From a bacterium (GTDB lineage Bacteria > DUMJ01): a stretch of DNA of 25,676 nt. How positions within the stretch are numbered: position 1 is the first letter of the stretch; every line of letters begins with the position of its first letter. Where the stretch lies: contig JBMFMV010000023.1 in assembly GCA_049970495.1 (NCBI GenBank), positions 1 to 25,676 on the forward strand, read 5' to 3'. Below, piece by piece: positions 1 to 9,579 of this stretch. The position numbers and the translations under genes were made by a program. The notes below the pieces were generated by a model, which saw nothing but the letters and a program-made list of their open reading frames with translations, was not told where the DNA came from and made no database searches.

Positions 1-978
1 CCTTAAGACTCTGGGCTCAATTACTAGATTTCTGCTCTCTAGTAGCTCTATTAACATTTCAGCTCCTTCTTTGCCGACATCGTATAGAGGCTGACGAACT
101 GTTGTAAGCGGAGGTTCAGATAACTCGGCTGCTTGGATATCGTCAAATCCTATAAATGAAATATCCTGTGGAATATGATAACCTTTGTCTTTTGCTACCT
201 GCATAGCAGTTATAGCCATATTGTCATTGGCAACAAAAATAGCTGAAGGAAGTGGCTTTAGATTTAAAAGCTTTTCCATAGCTTGAATCCCGCTCTTTTT
301 GTGGTAATCTCCCTCTACTATGTATTCTTCTCTTACAGGGAGTTTATATTTTTTGAGTGCATCGATATATGCATTAAGTCTTAACTGAGCATGTTCATGA
401 TTTTGAGGTCCTGATATATGAGCTATATATCTATGCCCAACCTGAATTAGGTATTCAACTGCATCAAATGCCCCTTGATAATGGTCCACCGTTACATAAT
501 TTCTCGCAAATCCTTTTATAGTTCCATCTAAAACAATAAAAGGCTTCTTATGGTCTAGAAGAGGAAGAACTTCCTCAACTGTTATCCCCCAGTGAGAGAG
601 TATTAATATACCATCATAATTTTGATGAAAATCTTCTAATCTCTTTTTCCTCTCAATAATTCTATCTGGTCCGAATTCTCCACAAATATCTAATAAAACG
701 GCATAATTATATTCTCTCAGTCTATCTATAACACCCTCTATTAGGGACATATAAAAGCCTCCCATGTGACTATTCGCATCTACAAATGCGATAAGAGGTA
801 TGTTAGAGATTGATTTTTTATCTATAGGGTACCCTAATTCTGAAGCTATCTCTAAAATCTTTTTTCTAGTAGAATCACTTATCCTTCCCTTACCAGATAG
901 AGCTAAGGATGCAGTTGCATATGATACACCAGCCTTCTCAGCGATATATTTTACTGTAACTTTAGTCTTATCTCCCAT
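1..978 (-). CDS. LacI/GalR-family transcriptional regulator (3' end outside window; absent from ORF track)
   Basis: Manual minus-strand translation from ATG at 978 gives MGDKTKVTVKYIAEKAGVSYATASLALSGKGRISDSTRKKILEIASELGY (LacI HTH). The C-terminal part contains IFVANDNMAI...DISFIGFDDIQAAELSEPPLTTVRQP (periplasmic-binding-protein-like sensor). The same frame reaches position 1. Confidence 0.93.
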   Translation of the reverse strand, partial: MGDKTKVTVKYIAEKAGVSYATASLALSGKGRISDSTRKKILEIASELGYPIDKKSISNIPLIAFVDANSHMGGFYMSLIEGVIDRLREYNYAVLLDICGEFGPDRIIERKKRLEDFHQNYDGILILSHWGITVEEVLPLLDHKKPFIVLDGTIKGFARNYVTVDHYQGAFDAVEYLIQVGHRYIAHISGPQNHEHAQLRLNAYIDALKKYKLPVREEYIVEGDYHKKSGIQAMEKLLNLKPLPSAIFVANDNMAITAMQVAKDKGYHIPQDISFIGFDDIQAAELSEPPLTTVRQPLYDVGKEGAEMLIELLESRNLVIEPRVLR

Positions 979-997
979 TGTTAAACCTATTAAGATA

Positions 998-1040
998 AAA
1001 TATTTAATAAATATTTAGCATAATTTATCAACTCTGTCAA
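998..1040 (-). promoter_or_regulatory. Putative sigma70 promoter and overlapping palindrome upstream of the LacI gene
   Basis: Minus strand reads TTGACA (1040-1035), 17 nt, then an imperfect -10 TAAATA preceded by TG-C. The inverted repeat AAATATTTA-A-TAAATATTT at 998-1016 overlaps the -10/+1 region. Confidence 0.45.
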
Positions 1041-1057
1041 GGGTCTCTTTTTGGATC

Positions 1058-2146
1058 TCATATCTTTACGAATATTTTTCTCAAATAGAGATACAGGAAG
1101 AATAACCACCAAACTAATATGTAGAGAATCGTATAACTCCATCCTCCTACTGTTATTCCAAACTTAGAGATAAGGAGGTGAAGGATTGCTTCTTTTACCG
1201 AAAGAATTGACCCGTTAGGCATCCGCCATCTCCACCCATCAAGTACATACACTTTAAAAAGAATAGGCAATATATAAGCAAGGATGGCATTTCTTCCTAA
1301 CACTACGAAAGGGAAAGTCCATTTTTTCCATTTTATAACTTCTACTAACAGATATATTATACCTAATAAGATTGTTCCTAGACCTGCGGTATAAAGAATA
1401 TAAGAAGATGTCCAGTATGGTTTATTGAAAGGTATATCTAGATTCCATACCCAACCGCTTAATGTTAATAGAGCTCCAGTAGCAAAGAGGATATATGTAT
1501 TCTTTTTAGTTCCTTCTCTCATTAATATATTACCTATAATAGAGCCTATAATAACAAGTCCAGATGTAGGAATTACAGAGATAATTCCATTTAAGTGTAA
1601 TCTCTGCAGGTATGCCGTATCAATATATTTAATAATATTCTTTTCCTCTGTAAATATTCCTACCCCTATCCCAGGAATAGGAATAAATTTTATCATAGCC
1701 CAGTGTAATATAAGAAAGATGGTAGCTATAAGTGCACGATAAGGAATATAGAGAGGGCAAAAGATTACACCTACAAAATAAGTCAGCCCAATAAGTTGAA
1801 GAACTTCCATACCAAAGTATGGCTGTTTATATATACTTGAGGTAAGAAAACATCCGATAAGAAATAACTTGATAGTTCGATTTAATGCCCTCAAGTTATA
1901 TTTCCACAATGGGATACCTCTTCTTTTACTTGAAGACAAGGAAAAAGGGATGGCTATCCCTACTATCATAAGAAACCAAGGCATAACTAAGTCAGCAATC
2001 GTTACCCCTTTTCCCCAAGGCGCATGCTTCAAGTAGTAAGGAGTTATAATATCTATGGCCACATTATTGACCAATAACATGAGTAATATAGTTATTCCTC
2101 TAAAAGTATCTAGAGGGACAGATCTATTAGAGGTCCTGCTATTCAT
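1058..2146 (-). CDS. Heparan-alpha-glucosaminide N-acetyltransferase-like (HGSNAT/NagX/DUF5009-type) membrane acyltransferase
   Basis: Family motifs LDTFRGITILLMLLVNN, HAPWGKGVTIADLVMPWFLMIVG, VLQLIG, PFNKPYWTSSYILYTAG and GRNAILAY; multiple TM helices. Confidence 0.85.
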   Translation of the reverse strand: MNSRTSNRSVPLDTFRGITILLMLLVNNVAIDIITPYYLKHAPWGKGVTIADLVMPWFLMIVGIAIPFSLSSSKRRGIPLWKYNLRALNRTIKLFLIGCFLTSSIYKQPYFGMEVLQLIGLTYFVGVIFCPLYIPYRALIATIFLILHWAMIKFIPIPGIGVGIFTEEKNIIKYIDTAYLQRLHLNGIISVIPTSGLVIIGSIIGNILMREGTKKNTYILFATGALLTLSGWVWNLDIPFNKPYWTSSYILYTAGLGTILLGIIYLLVEVIKWKKWTFPFVVLGRNAILAYILPILFKVYVLDGWRWRMPNGSILSVKEAILHLLISKFGITVGGWSYTILYILVWWLFFLYLYLRKIFVKI

Positions 2147-2329
2147 TTAAAAGATCCTAGTAAGAGATAAATAGCTCTATTCATAACTTTTATTCAACTT
2201 ATTCTTAAATCTTAAAAGCTTCTTTTTTGAAGCTATAATCATTACATATTATAATACATTTCTATGTTCGTAAGTATTAAGTTATTTGTATAGGCGGATT
2301 TAGAATATATAAGCGTTTTTATATTTATA

Positions 2330-2373
2330 TGCTATAATGGAATAGACCTAACTAACTTTACAAGAAAGAGGTG
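2330..2373 (+). promoter_or_regulatory. Extended -10 promoter and RBS for apgM and the downstream gene run
   Basis: Perfect TG-C-TATAAT at 2330-2338; SD GAGGTG at 2368-2373 ahead of ATG 2384. Confidence 0.6.
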
Positions 2374-2383
2374 AGTAAGCAGG

Positions 2384-3670
2384 ATGAATAAATTGTTATA
2401 TATTGTATTAGATGGTCTAGGTGATAGGCCTTGTAAGGAATTGGGAGGTAAAACTCCATTAGAAGCGGCTGAAACTCCTATGATGGATGATTTAGCTAGA
2501 AAAGGAAAAACTGGTTTAGTGGATACTGTAGGTCCGGGTATAGCTCCAGAGTCCGACATTGCAGTTATCAGTATATTAGGTTATGATGCGGAAAGATACT
2601 ATACCGGAAGAGGCCCTTTAGAATGCTTTGCTGTTGGTATTGATGTTAAACCAGGAGATCTCGCTTTTAGAGTAAATTTTGCTACTATGGATGAGAATAG
2701 GTATCTTGTAGATAGAAGGGCAGGAAGAGATCTTACTACAGAGGAAGCTAAGGCCTTAGCAGAAGAGGTTAATAAAAAGGTGCAACTGACAAGCCATCCT
2801 GCAGAGTTTAAATTTGTAAGTACTGTTGGTCACAGAGGGGTCCTCTGGATAAGATGTAAAGAAGGACCACTTTCTGCCAACATTACAAATACAGATCCGG
2901 CATATGATAAGATTGGGTATTTCGGAGTAGCAAAAGAAAAGTTTGAACCTTACCTTCAGGTATGTAAGCCGTTAGATAATAGTATAGAGGCTAAAAGAGC
3001 AGCCGATTTAACTAATGAATTTGTAGAAAAGAGTCATATCGTTCTAAATAATGCGGAAGTGAACCTGAAGAGAAAAGCGCAAGGTAAAATGATGGGTAAT
3101 GTTATACTTACTAGAGACGCAGGTGATAAACTCCCTCAATTTCCTAATATAAAAGAGTTATTCGGCTTAAATTTTGCCTGTTTTGCTGAAATGCCTGTAG
3201 AAATGGGTATAGCTATGCTCACAGGAATGGATATAGTAGAATTGCCTGAACCTACCGGCGACCCTAAGATAGACTATCCTTTAAGAGCTGAAAAAGCTAT
3301 TGAGTATATGAAACATTATGATGCGCTCTATATACATCTGAAAGGGCCAGATGTCCCAGGTCATGATGGAAAGGCTTTAGAAAAAAGAGATAGTATATCT
3401 GCTATAGATAGATATTTCTTTGGAGAATTATTACCCAAGATAGACCTTTCTAATGTTGTAATAACTGTTACTGCAGATCATTCAACTCCTTGTGAATTAA
3501 AGGCTCATTCTGACGACCCTGTACCTTTACTGATAGCTGGAGCAGGAATAGAGAGCGATGGAAGTACCTCTTACTCTGAGAAGGAGTGTGCAAAAGGATC
3601 CTTGGGTAGATTACTTGGAAATCAGTTAATGCCTTTGTTTGTTAAATTAGTTAAGGGAGGAGAAGGATAA
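2384..3670 (+). CDS. apgM: 2,3-bisphosphoglycerate-independent phosphoglycerate mutase, archaeal type
   Basis: Motifs IVLDGLGDRP, GKTPLEAAETPMMD, PESD (phosphoserine site), YTGRGPLE, AFRVNFAT, DRRAGR, HLKGPDVPGHDG and TADHSTP...HSDDPVP. Confidence 0.9.
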   Translation: MNKLLYIVLDGLGDRPCKELGGKTPLEAAETPMMDDLARKGKTGLVDTVGPGIAPESDIAVISILGYDAERYYTGRGPLECFAVGIDVKPGDLAFRVNFATMDENRYLVDRRAGRDLTTEEAKALAEEVNKKVQLTSHPAEFKFVSTVGHRGVLWIRCKEGPLSANITNTDPAYDKIGYFGVAKEKFEPYLQVCKPLDNSIEAKRAADLTNEFVEKSHIVLNNAEVNLKRKAQGKMMGNVILTRDAGDKLPQFPNIKELFGLNFACFAEMPVEMGIAMLTGMDIVELPEPTGDPKIDYPLRAEKAIEYMKHYDALYIHLKGPDVPGHDGKALEKRDSISAIDRYFFGELLPKIDLSNVVITVTADHSTPCELKAHSDDPVPLLIAGAGIESDGSTSYSEKECAKGSLGRLLGNQLMPLFVKLVKGGEG

Positions 3671-3680
3671 TTCAAGCAAG

Positions 3681-4754
3681 ATGAGCAGGTTGACTAGAGG
3701 TTACATAGATATAGGGAGAAATGATCTCTGCCCTTGTGGAAGTGGTAAAAAGTTTAAGAGATGTTGTCTTACTTCTTATGAAGAATCTCTAGAAATAAAC
3801 TTTCTAAAATTTTCCTTATATTATAAGCTTGCCTATTATTCATTTACTAATTATAAAGAAGCATTTAGAGATATTTTAGGAAAGTTTGAAAGAAAAGAGT
3901 TATCATCAGCTGATAGCTTTGATGATCTAGTTAGAAGTAAGACTGACTGGGAAGAGGTTTTAGATTGGTTTATCTTTAATGAGTACGTCGCAAAAGGAAA
4001 GACCCCGCTACAGCTATTTCTTGAAGATGAAGAGGTTACAGAAAAGGAAAAAAATCTGCTAAGGAGATTTGATGGAACATATTGGTCGATATATGAGATA
4101 AAGGATGTAGTCAATAAACTTGGCAAAGCCAGATTTATAGACCTTATAACTGGTAGAGATCATATAGTGTTTGATGAGAATATTATGCCACTATCTGGTG
4201 GAGAAGTTGCTTTTGGTAGGATTGTGCCATACGATAATTTTTATTTTCTAGGTTATACATTCTTCCCTTGGCTAGTAAAGAAGCCGGAGGGTTTAGAAGA
4301 TGTCTTGGCTCAATTTATAGAGACACTTAGAAGGGATGGGACTTCTATAGAGGATACATTGCGTATCTATGGATATCGACTTTACCTATATATAAACAGT
4401 ATATCTCAACCACGAGAAGAACCGAGAATTAAGATAGCTGAATATGAGATAAGAGACTATAATAAGGTAGATACTATATTACAACTTTCTCCTCTCTTTG
4501 TTAAAAGAAAAGAGACTCCCCAAGGTAAGATCTTTGTCTGTGTTAAAAACCCCAGAAGCGATATCTTGCTTAATACTAATCAGATAATTCTTCCTAGCGA
4601 AGAAGAGACAGAGGGGGATCTAGATTTAGGAATAGTTAGAATCTATGAAAATACCCTAGATATTCTAGCCTTAGACAACAAAAGATTGGAAGCTGTAAGA
4701 TCTCTTGTAGAGGAACTTTTGGAAGATAATATTGTATTGAAAGAATCTAGGTGA
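3681..4754 (+). CDS. SEC-C (zinc-binding) motif domain protein, function unknown
   Basis: N-terminal [19 protein letters not shown] at 3711-3767; the remainder is a soluble uncharacterised domain; 10 nt after apgM. Confidence 0.8.
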   Translation: MSRLTRGYIDIGRNDLCPCGSGKKFKRCCLTSYEESLEINFLKFSLYYKLAYYSFTNYKEAFRDILGKFERKELSSADSFDDLVRSKTDWEEVLDWFIFNEYVAKGKTPLQLFLEDEEVTEKEKNLLRRFDGTYWSIYEIKDVVNKLGKARFIDLITGRDHIVFDENIMPLSGGEVAFGRIVPYDNFYFLGYTFFPWLVKKPEGLEDVLAQFIETLRRDGTSIEDTLRIYGYRLYLYINSISQPREEPRIKIAEYEIRDYNKVDTILQLSPLFVKRKETPQGKIFVCVKNPRSDILLNTNQIILPSEEETEGDLDLGIVRIYENTLDILALDNKRLEAVRSLVEELLEDNIVLKESR

Positions 4755-4759
4755 CTTTT

Positions 4760-5917
4760 ATGGCAGAGGTAAGACCTTTTGTTGGACTTATTTACAACAA
4801 GAATATAGTAGAAAACTTAGAGGATGTGGTGTCACCTCCTTATGATATTATCTCTCCTAGTCTTCAAATGGAACTATATAACAGACATCCTTACAATATA
4901 ATCAGGTTAGAGTTACCTTTTGGGAATGGTAGAGAAAGATATATTAACGCAAGTAAGACACTAGAGCTCTGGATAGAAAATAAAGTCTTAACTAATACAG
5001 AAAAGACGAGTTTCTATTTTTATAGAGAGAAATACAATATAGAAGGGAAAGAAAGAATATTAAGAGGGCTCTTTGGTATAGTTAAGATAGAGCCTTTTGA
5101 AAAACGGATCATACTTCCTCATGAGTTTACTTTTCCAAAACCTAAGGAGGATAGGTTTAATCTTTTAAGATATACTAAGTCAAACATAAGTCCTATATTA
5201 GGAATTTATTTCGACGAGACTGGGTTTGGTAGAGAAATTTGGGAATATATTGAGTTACAGAAACCACTGTTCTCTTCAGATAGGTTTACATTATGGGTTA
5301 TAGATAATTGGTTAGAAAACATTACGAACTTATTTAAGGATAAAATAATATTAATAGCAGATGGGCATCATAGGTACGAAACTGCCTTGGAATATAAAAA
5401 TCTGATGGAATTAGAGTTAGGTAAACCTGGGCCATATAGTTTTGTAATGATGTTTTTAGTTGATGCATACAGTGGGGGGTTAACCTTATTGCCTACGCAT
5501 AGGGTCATAAAAGGTGTATCTAATGATTTTGAGGGGGAGCTATTAAGTACTTTCTCCTTAGAAAGGACCAATTTAATAGAAGCAAATCAAGATGAACACT
5601 TAGTATATGTCTATAAGAGAGGAGAAATCTTTAAATTTAGAACAGAGGAGCTTAATGTCATTTCGATTCATAGACTTTTGGACAAATTTACCAATATATC
5701 TATCTTTTATACTCATAGTCTAGAGGAAGCTAAGTCTCTTGTAGATACCAACGCTTACGATTTAGCCTTTTTCGTTAGCTCTCTCTCGATGAATACATTA
5801 AAGGTAATTGTAGAAAGAGGAGAAAGATTACCTCAGAAATCTACATATTTTTATCCAAAGATAGGAGCTGGTTTAGTTATATATAACCACAATCTGAATA
5901 ATGGGGAGATGAGATAG
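4760..5917 (+). CDS. DUF1015 family protein (ParB/Srx-like nucleotide-binding core)
   Basis: Motifs MAEVRPF, SPPYDIIS, ILPHEFT...KEDR, NISPI, IADGHHRYETA, LPTHR and PQKSTYFYPK. ATG 4760 is preferred over GTG 4751 because SD AGGTGA lies at 4749-4754 and the family N-terminus begins there. Confidence 0.88.
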   Translation: MAEVRPFVGLIYNKNIVENLEDVVSPPYDIISPSLQMELYNRHPYNIIRLELPFGNGRERYINASKTLELWIENKVLTNTEKTSFYFYREKYNIEGKERILRGLFGIVKIEPFEKRIILPHEFTFPKPKEDRFNLLRYTKSNISPILGIYFDETGFGREIWEYIELQKPLFSSDRFTLWVIDNWLENITNLFKDKIILIADGHHRYETALEYKNLMELELGKPGPYSFVMMFLVDAYSGGLTLLPTHRVIKGVSNDFEGELLSTFSLERTNLIEANQDEHLVYVYKRGEIFKFRTEELNVISIHRLLDKFTNISIFYTHSLEEAKSLVDTNAYDLAFFVSSLSMNTLKVIVERGERLPQKSTYFYPKIGAGLVIYNHNLNNGEMR

Positions 5918-5918
5918 A

Positions 5919-8900
5919 ATGTATAGCTTGAAAAGACTTTTAGTATTATTAGTAGTATTTCTATTTATTCTACCTTCTTTTTCTTTTACCCAAGAAATAC
6001 AATCAAAACTTACCTTAGAGACTTCTAATCTTTTAGAGGTAGAGGGTTGGAAAGCCTGGATAAAAGGAGATAATAGAGAAAGCATAGAAAAATGGGAAAA
6101 GGTAATATTAGAGAATCCCAATAGTTACTCTTCTTTAGGATACTGGTATCTTCTAAGCGACCTCTATGAAGAGGAAGGTTTATATAAATCTGCATTGGCC
6201 TTTATAGACAGCTTAATATCTAAGGCTCAAAGTCCTACCCTACTATCTTCTCTATATTGGGAAAAGGTACAAAATCTTCTAAAACTTGGCAACTATGATT
6301 CTGCGAAAGACTATATATCTAGACTAGGATTGATTGACGAATGGCTTGTAGTAGGTCCATTCGATAACGTAGGAGGTTCTGGATTTTATAAAGTTTTCCC
6401 TCCAGAAGAGGAAATAGATCTCAATAAGATCTATACTGGTAAAAATGGAATGGAAGTTAAGTGGTTTCCAACCAAGAGTACTTTTGGAGTTGTTAAACTT
6501 GGAAATTTGCTGTACCCTACAGATAGCGTAACCGCTTATGCTCTTACTTATATATACAGTTCATCTGACAGGGGTGTCTTTATAAGATCTGGAAGTACAG
6601 GTGCTTTGACTATCTGGCTAAATGATACTAAAGTACTATCTCAAGATATATACAGGAATATCTATATAGATCAAGATATAGTAAGGGTTAGACTTAATAA
6701 AGGTTGGAATAAACTCTTGGTAAAGGTCTGTGAAGATAGTAGCCTTTGGCAATTTATCCTTAGAATTACCGATGAGAATGGCAATAATGTCCCTGGGCTT
6801 ATGTATTCATTAGAACCCCAGGAAGTCAAAAAAGGGACAGAGTATAAGATTGTAGAAGATGATATAAAACAGGATTATTGGTCATTAGTTCATGCTGGTA
6901 TAATCTATAGGAAAAGAGGACTCTGGGATAAGGCGGAAAAAAGTTTTCTCAAGGCTTTAGACATTTCTAATACTATCCTTCCTCGTTATTTCCTTGCTAT
7001 AACTTATCTAGATGAAGATAAAATAGATGAAGGCATAAGTGAACTAAGAAAGGTAATAGCCTCTATACCAGAATTTGTCAGAGCTTATGTTGATTTAGGC
7101 TGGAATAGATACGATAAAGGGCTATATGAAGAGGCTATGCAGCTATTCCAAGAAGGGTTAAAATATGGGAAAGACTATCCTCAACTTTATGCATATTTAT
7201 CTTGGACTTATCTTAGAAAGGGATGGATTAAGGACGCAGAAGATACTATAAATGAGTCATTAAGAATAAACTCCACTCATCCACTTAGTTACTATGTTCT
7301 TGGACTTATATATGAAAAAAGAGGGTGGTATAATGATGCAATTGCTACATATAAAAAGTTACTAGAGATAGATAAGACTTTTTACAGCGCTTTTAGTAAT
7401 CTACAAACCATATACAAAAATAGAGGTAACTATCCTGAAGCTATCTTAATGATAAAAGAGAGATTAGATAGAGAACCCTATAATATCAATCTTTATCTGG
7501 ACTTAACTGACCTTTATATGAGGTCTAAGATGTTTACTGAAGCAATTGCACTATTAGAAAAGGCTAATGAGATATCTCCTTACTATCCTGAAATACATGA
7601 ATACCTTGGAAATCTATACTATGAGTTGGGGCAAAAAGAGAATGCTCTCTTACACTGGGAGAAGGCCTTAGAAATAGAGCCAGGTAATATATCTCTCAAA
7701 GATTATCTAAGTTTCCTTAAGAAAGAAACCTATGCGATTGCAGATATATCTAAACTTATAAAAGACACACCTACTCAAAAAGATTATCCAGATGCTTCAG
7801 CTGTTATAATTCTAGATAGCGCAGAAAGAATAGTCAGGTCTGATGGCACCTCTTCTTTGACCTATCATAAAGTTATTAAGATATTAAATGAGAGAGGGAG
7901 AGAGATTTATGGAGAGGTATATATACCCTACAGTCTTCTTAGCGAAAGGGTAAGGATATTAAAAGCCAGGACGATAAAGCCAGATGGAACAGAGGTAGAA
8001 GCTACCGCTATTCATGATGTCTCCCTTGCAGAGGGATATCATTTATATTCAGATGCTATGGCTAAAGTTATATCCATGCCGTCTCTTGAGAATAATGCAA
8101 TTATAGAGTATGCATATACTGTGGATGACCTTGGGAGAGGTCCTCTTGGAAAACACTTCCAAGATGAATTTCTCTTTCAAGACTTTGATCCTATGTTAAT
8201 CTCTAGATATACCTTAGTGATCCCTAAGGGAATGAATATCTACTACAAAATGTACAATGGACAGTTGGAGCCCCAGATAGAAGAAAAAGGTAATACCGTT
8301 GTATACAAATGGGAGATGAAAAATATTCCTCAAATTATTCAAGAGGATTATATGCCTCCTCTAGCTGACATAGTTCCTAGATTGGAAATAACCACCTTCA
8401 AAGATTGGCAAGAGGTAGCTAGTTGGTATTATGACATAGCCAATCCGAAGACGAAATCTGATGAGGCGATAAAGGCTAAGGTTACTGAACTTACTAAGGA
8501 CAAAAAGACCCTTGAAGATAAAGCTAAGGCTATATATTATTTTGTTGCTAATGATATTAGGTATGTTGGTTTAGAGTTTGGTATAGGTGGACTTATGCCT
8601 CATCAGGCTAGTGAAGTGTTTAAGTATAAGTATGGAGATTGTAAAGATAAGGCAACATTACTAATCTCTATGTATAGGGAGATAGGTATACCCGCTTATT
8701 ATGTCCTGGTAAGAACTAGATATAAGGGAACTCTGCCTTTAGATTCTCCAGGTTTCCAGTTTGATCATGCAATATGTGCTATAAAGCTCAATGATAAGCT
8801 TTACTTTCTTGATGGAACTGCAGAAGATACACGTTTTGGATATATACCATCTATGGATCAGGGAACAAAGGCATTATTGATTGATGAAGGAAAACCATTA

Positions 8901-9566
8901 TTAGTAGACATTCCTGTAGATAAACCTGAGGATAATGAGAAAACTAGGAACATAGAAGTTACTCTTTCAAAAGATGGAAGTATAAAAGGTTCTGCCTATG
9001 TGACATTTAAAGGTTATTACGATACATATCTTAGAAGTGTTTGGAAGACCGCTGCAGATAGGAAAATAAGAGAAGATTTAGAGTGGTCATTGAGGTCTCT
9101 TGTCCCTAATGCAATCTTAGAAGGCTATGAACTTTCTAACTTGAGAGATCTAGATATGGATGTATGGGAGAAATATTTATTCAGCGCTCCTGGATATGCT
9201 CAAGTTGTTCAGAATTCTATTTCCTTCTTACCCTCAATTATGGAGAGATTAGAGACAAGTGAGTCTGTAGCTAAAAAAGAGAGGAAGTATCCAATCAATT
9301 ATTGGTCACCTTATACCATTAGAGATATAGTTACTTATAAACTCCCTGAAGGTTCTAAAGTTGCATATATACCTGATAATTTAGTCTTAGATAAGCCTTT
9401 TGCCTACTACAGCATGAAGATTTCTCTTGATGGGAATATACTAAGGGTAGAGAGAGTCTTTCAGATTAGGAAGACACTTATTGACACTAAAGATTATCCA
9501 GAGTATAAGTCCTTTATGGAAAATATAGTGTCTAAAGATAGGGAAAGAGTAGTAATAAACTTCTAA
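5919..9566 (+). CDS. Secreted TPR-repeat / DUF3857 / transglutaminase-like / DUF3858 multidomain protein
   Basis: Signal peptide, then a beta-rich domain (WLVVGPFDN...[12 protein letters not shown]) and many TPRs. DUF3857-like YPDASAVII...ARTIKPDG is followed by the transglutaminase core [13 protein letters not shown]...GDCKDKA (C908), FDHAI (H950) and LDGT (D965). Confidence 0.82.
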   Translation: MYSLKRLLVLLVVFLFILPSFSFTQEIQSKLTLETSNLLEVEGWKAWIKGDNRESIEKWEKVILENPNSYSSLGYWYLLSDLYEEEGLYKSALAFIDSLISKAQSPTLLSSLYWEKVQNLLKLGNYDSAKDYISRLGLIDEWLVVGPFDNVGGSGFYKVFPPEEEIDLNKIYTGKNGMEVKWFPTKSTFGVVKLGNLLYPTDSVTAYALTYIYSSSDRGVFIRSGSTGALTIWLNDTKVLSQDIYRNIYIDQDIVRVRLNKGWNKLLVKVCEDSSLWQFILRITDENGNNVPGLMYSLEPQEVKKGTEYKIVEDDIKQDYWSLVHAGIIYRKRGLWDKAEKSFLKALDISNTILPRYFLAITYLDEDKIDEGISELRKVIASIPEFVRAYVDLGWNRYDKGLYEEAMQLFQEGLKYGKDYPQLYAYLSWTYLRKGWIKDAEDTINESLRINSTHPLSYYVLGLIYEKRGWYNDAIATYKKLLEIDKTFYSAFSNLQTIYKNRGNYPEAILMIKERLDREPYNINLYLDLTDLYMRSKMFTEAIALLEKANEISPYYPEIHEYLGNLYYELGQKENALLHWEKALEIEPGNISLKDYLSFLKKETYAIADISKLIKDTPTQKDYPDASAVIILDSAERIVRSDGTSSLTYHKVIKILNERGREIYGEVYIPYSLLSERVRILKARTIKPDGTEVEATAIHDVSLAEGYHLYSDAMAKVISMPSLENNAIIEYAYTVDDLGRGPLGKHFQDEFLFQDFDPMLISRYTLVIPKGMNIYYKMYNGQLEPQIEEKGNTVVYKWEMKNIPQIIQEDYMPPLADIVPRLEITTFKDWQEVASWYYDIANPKTKSDEAIKAKVTELTKDKKTLEDKAKAIYYFVANDIRYVGLEFGIGGLMPHQASEVFKYKYGDCKDKATLLISMYREIGIPAYYVLVRTRYKGTLPLDSPGFQFDHAICAIKLNDKLYFLDGTAEDTRFGYIPSMDQGTKALLIDEGKPLLVDIPVDKPEDNEKTRNIEVTLSKDGSIKGSAYVTFKGYYDTYLRSVWKTAADRKIREDLEWSLRSLVPNAILEGYELSNLRDLDMDVWEKYLFSAPGYAQVVQNSISFLPSIMERLETSESVAKKERKYPINYWSPYTIRDIVTYKLPEGSKVAYIPDNLVLDKPFAYYSMKISLDGNILRVERVFQIRKTLIDTKDYPEYKSFMENIVSKDRERVVINF

Positions 9567-9579
9567 AGAAGGGATTAGT

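Noticed and set aside
800..1018. 72-aa plus-strand ORF
   Set aside because: Antisense shadow of the LacI HTH region; no independent motifs.
1425..4126. Short ORFs 1425-1742 (+), 2332-2559 (-) and 3851-4126 (-)
   Set aside because: They lie antisense to well-supported genes and have shadow-frame composition.
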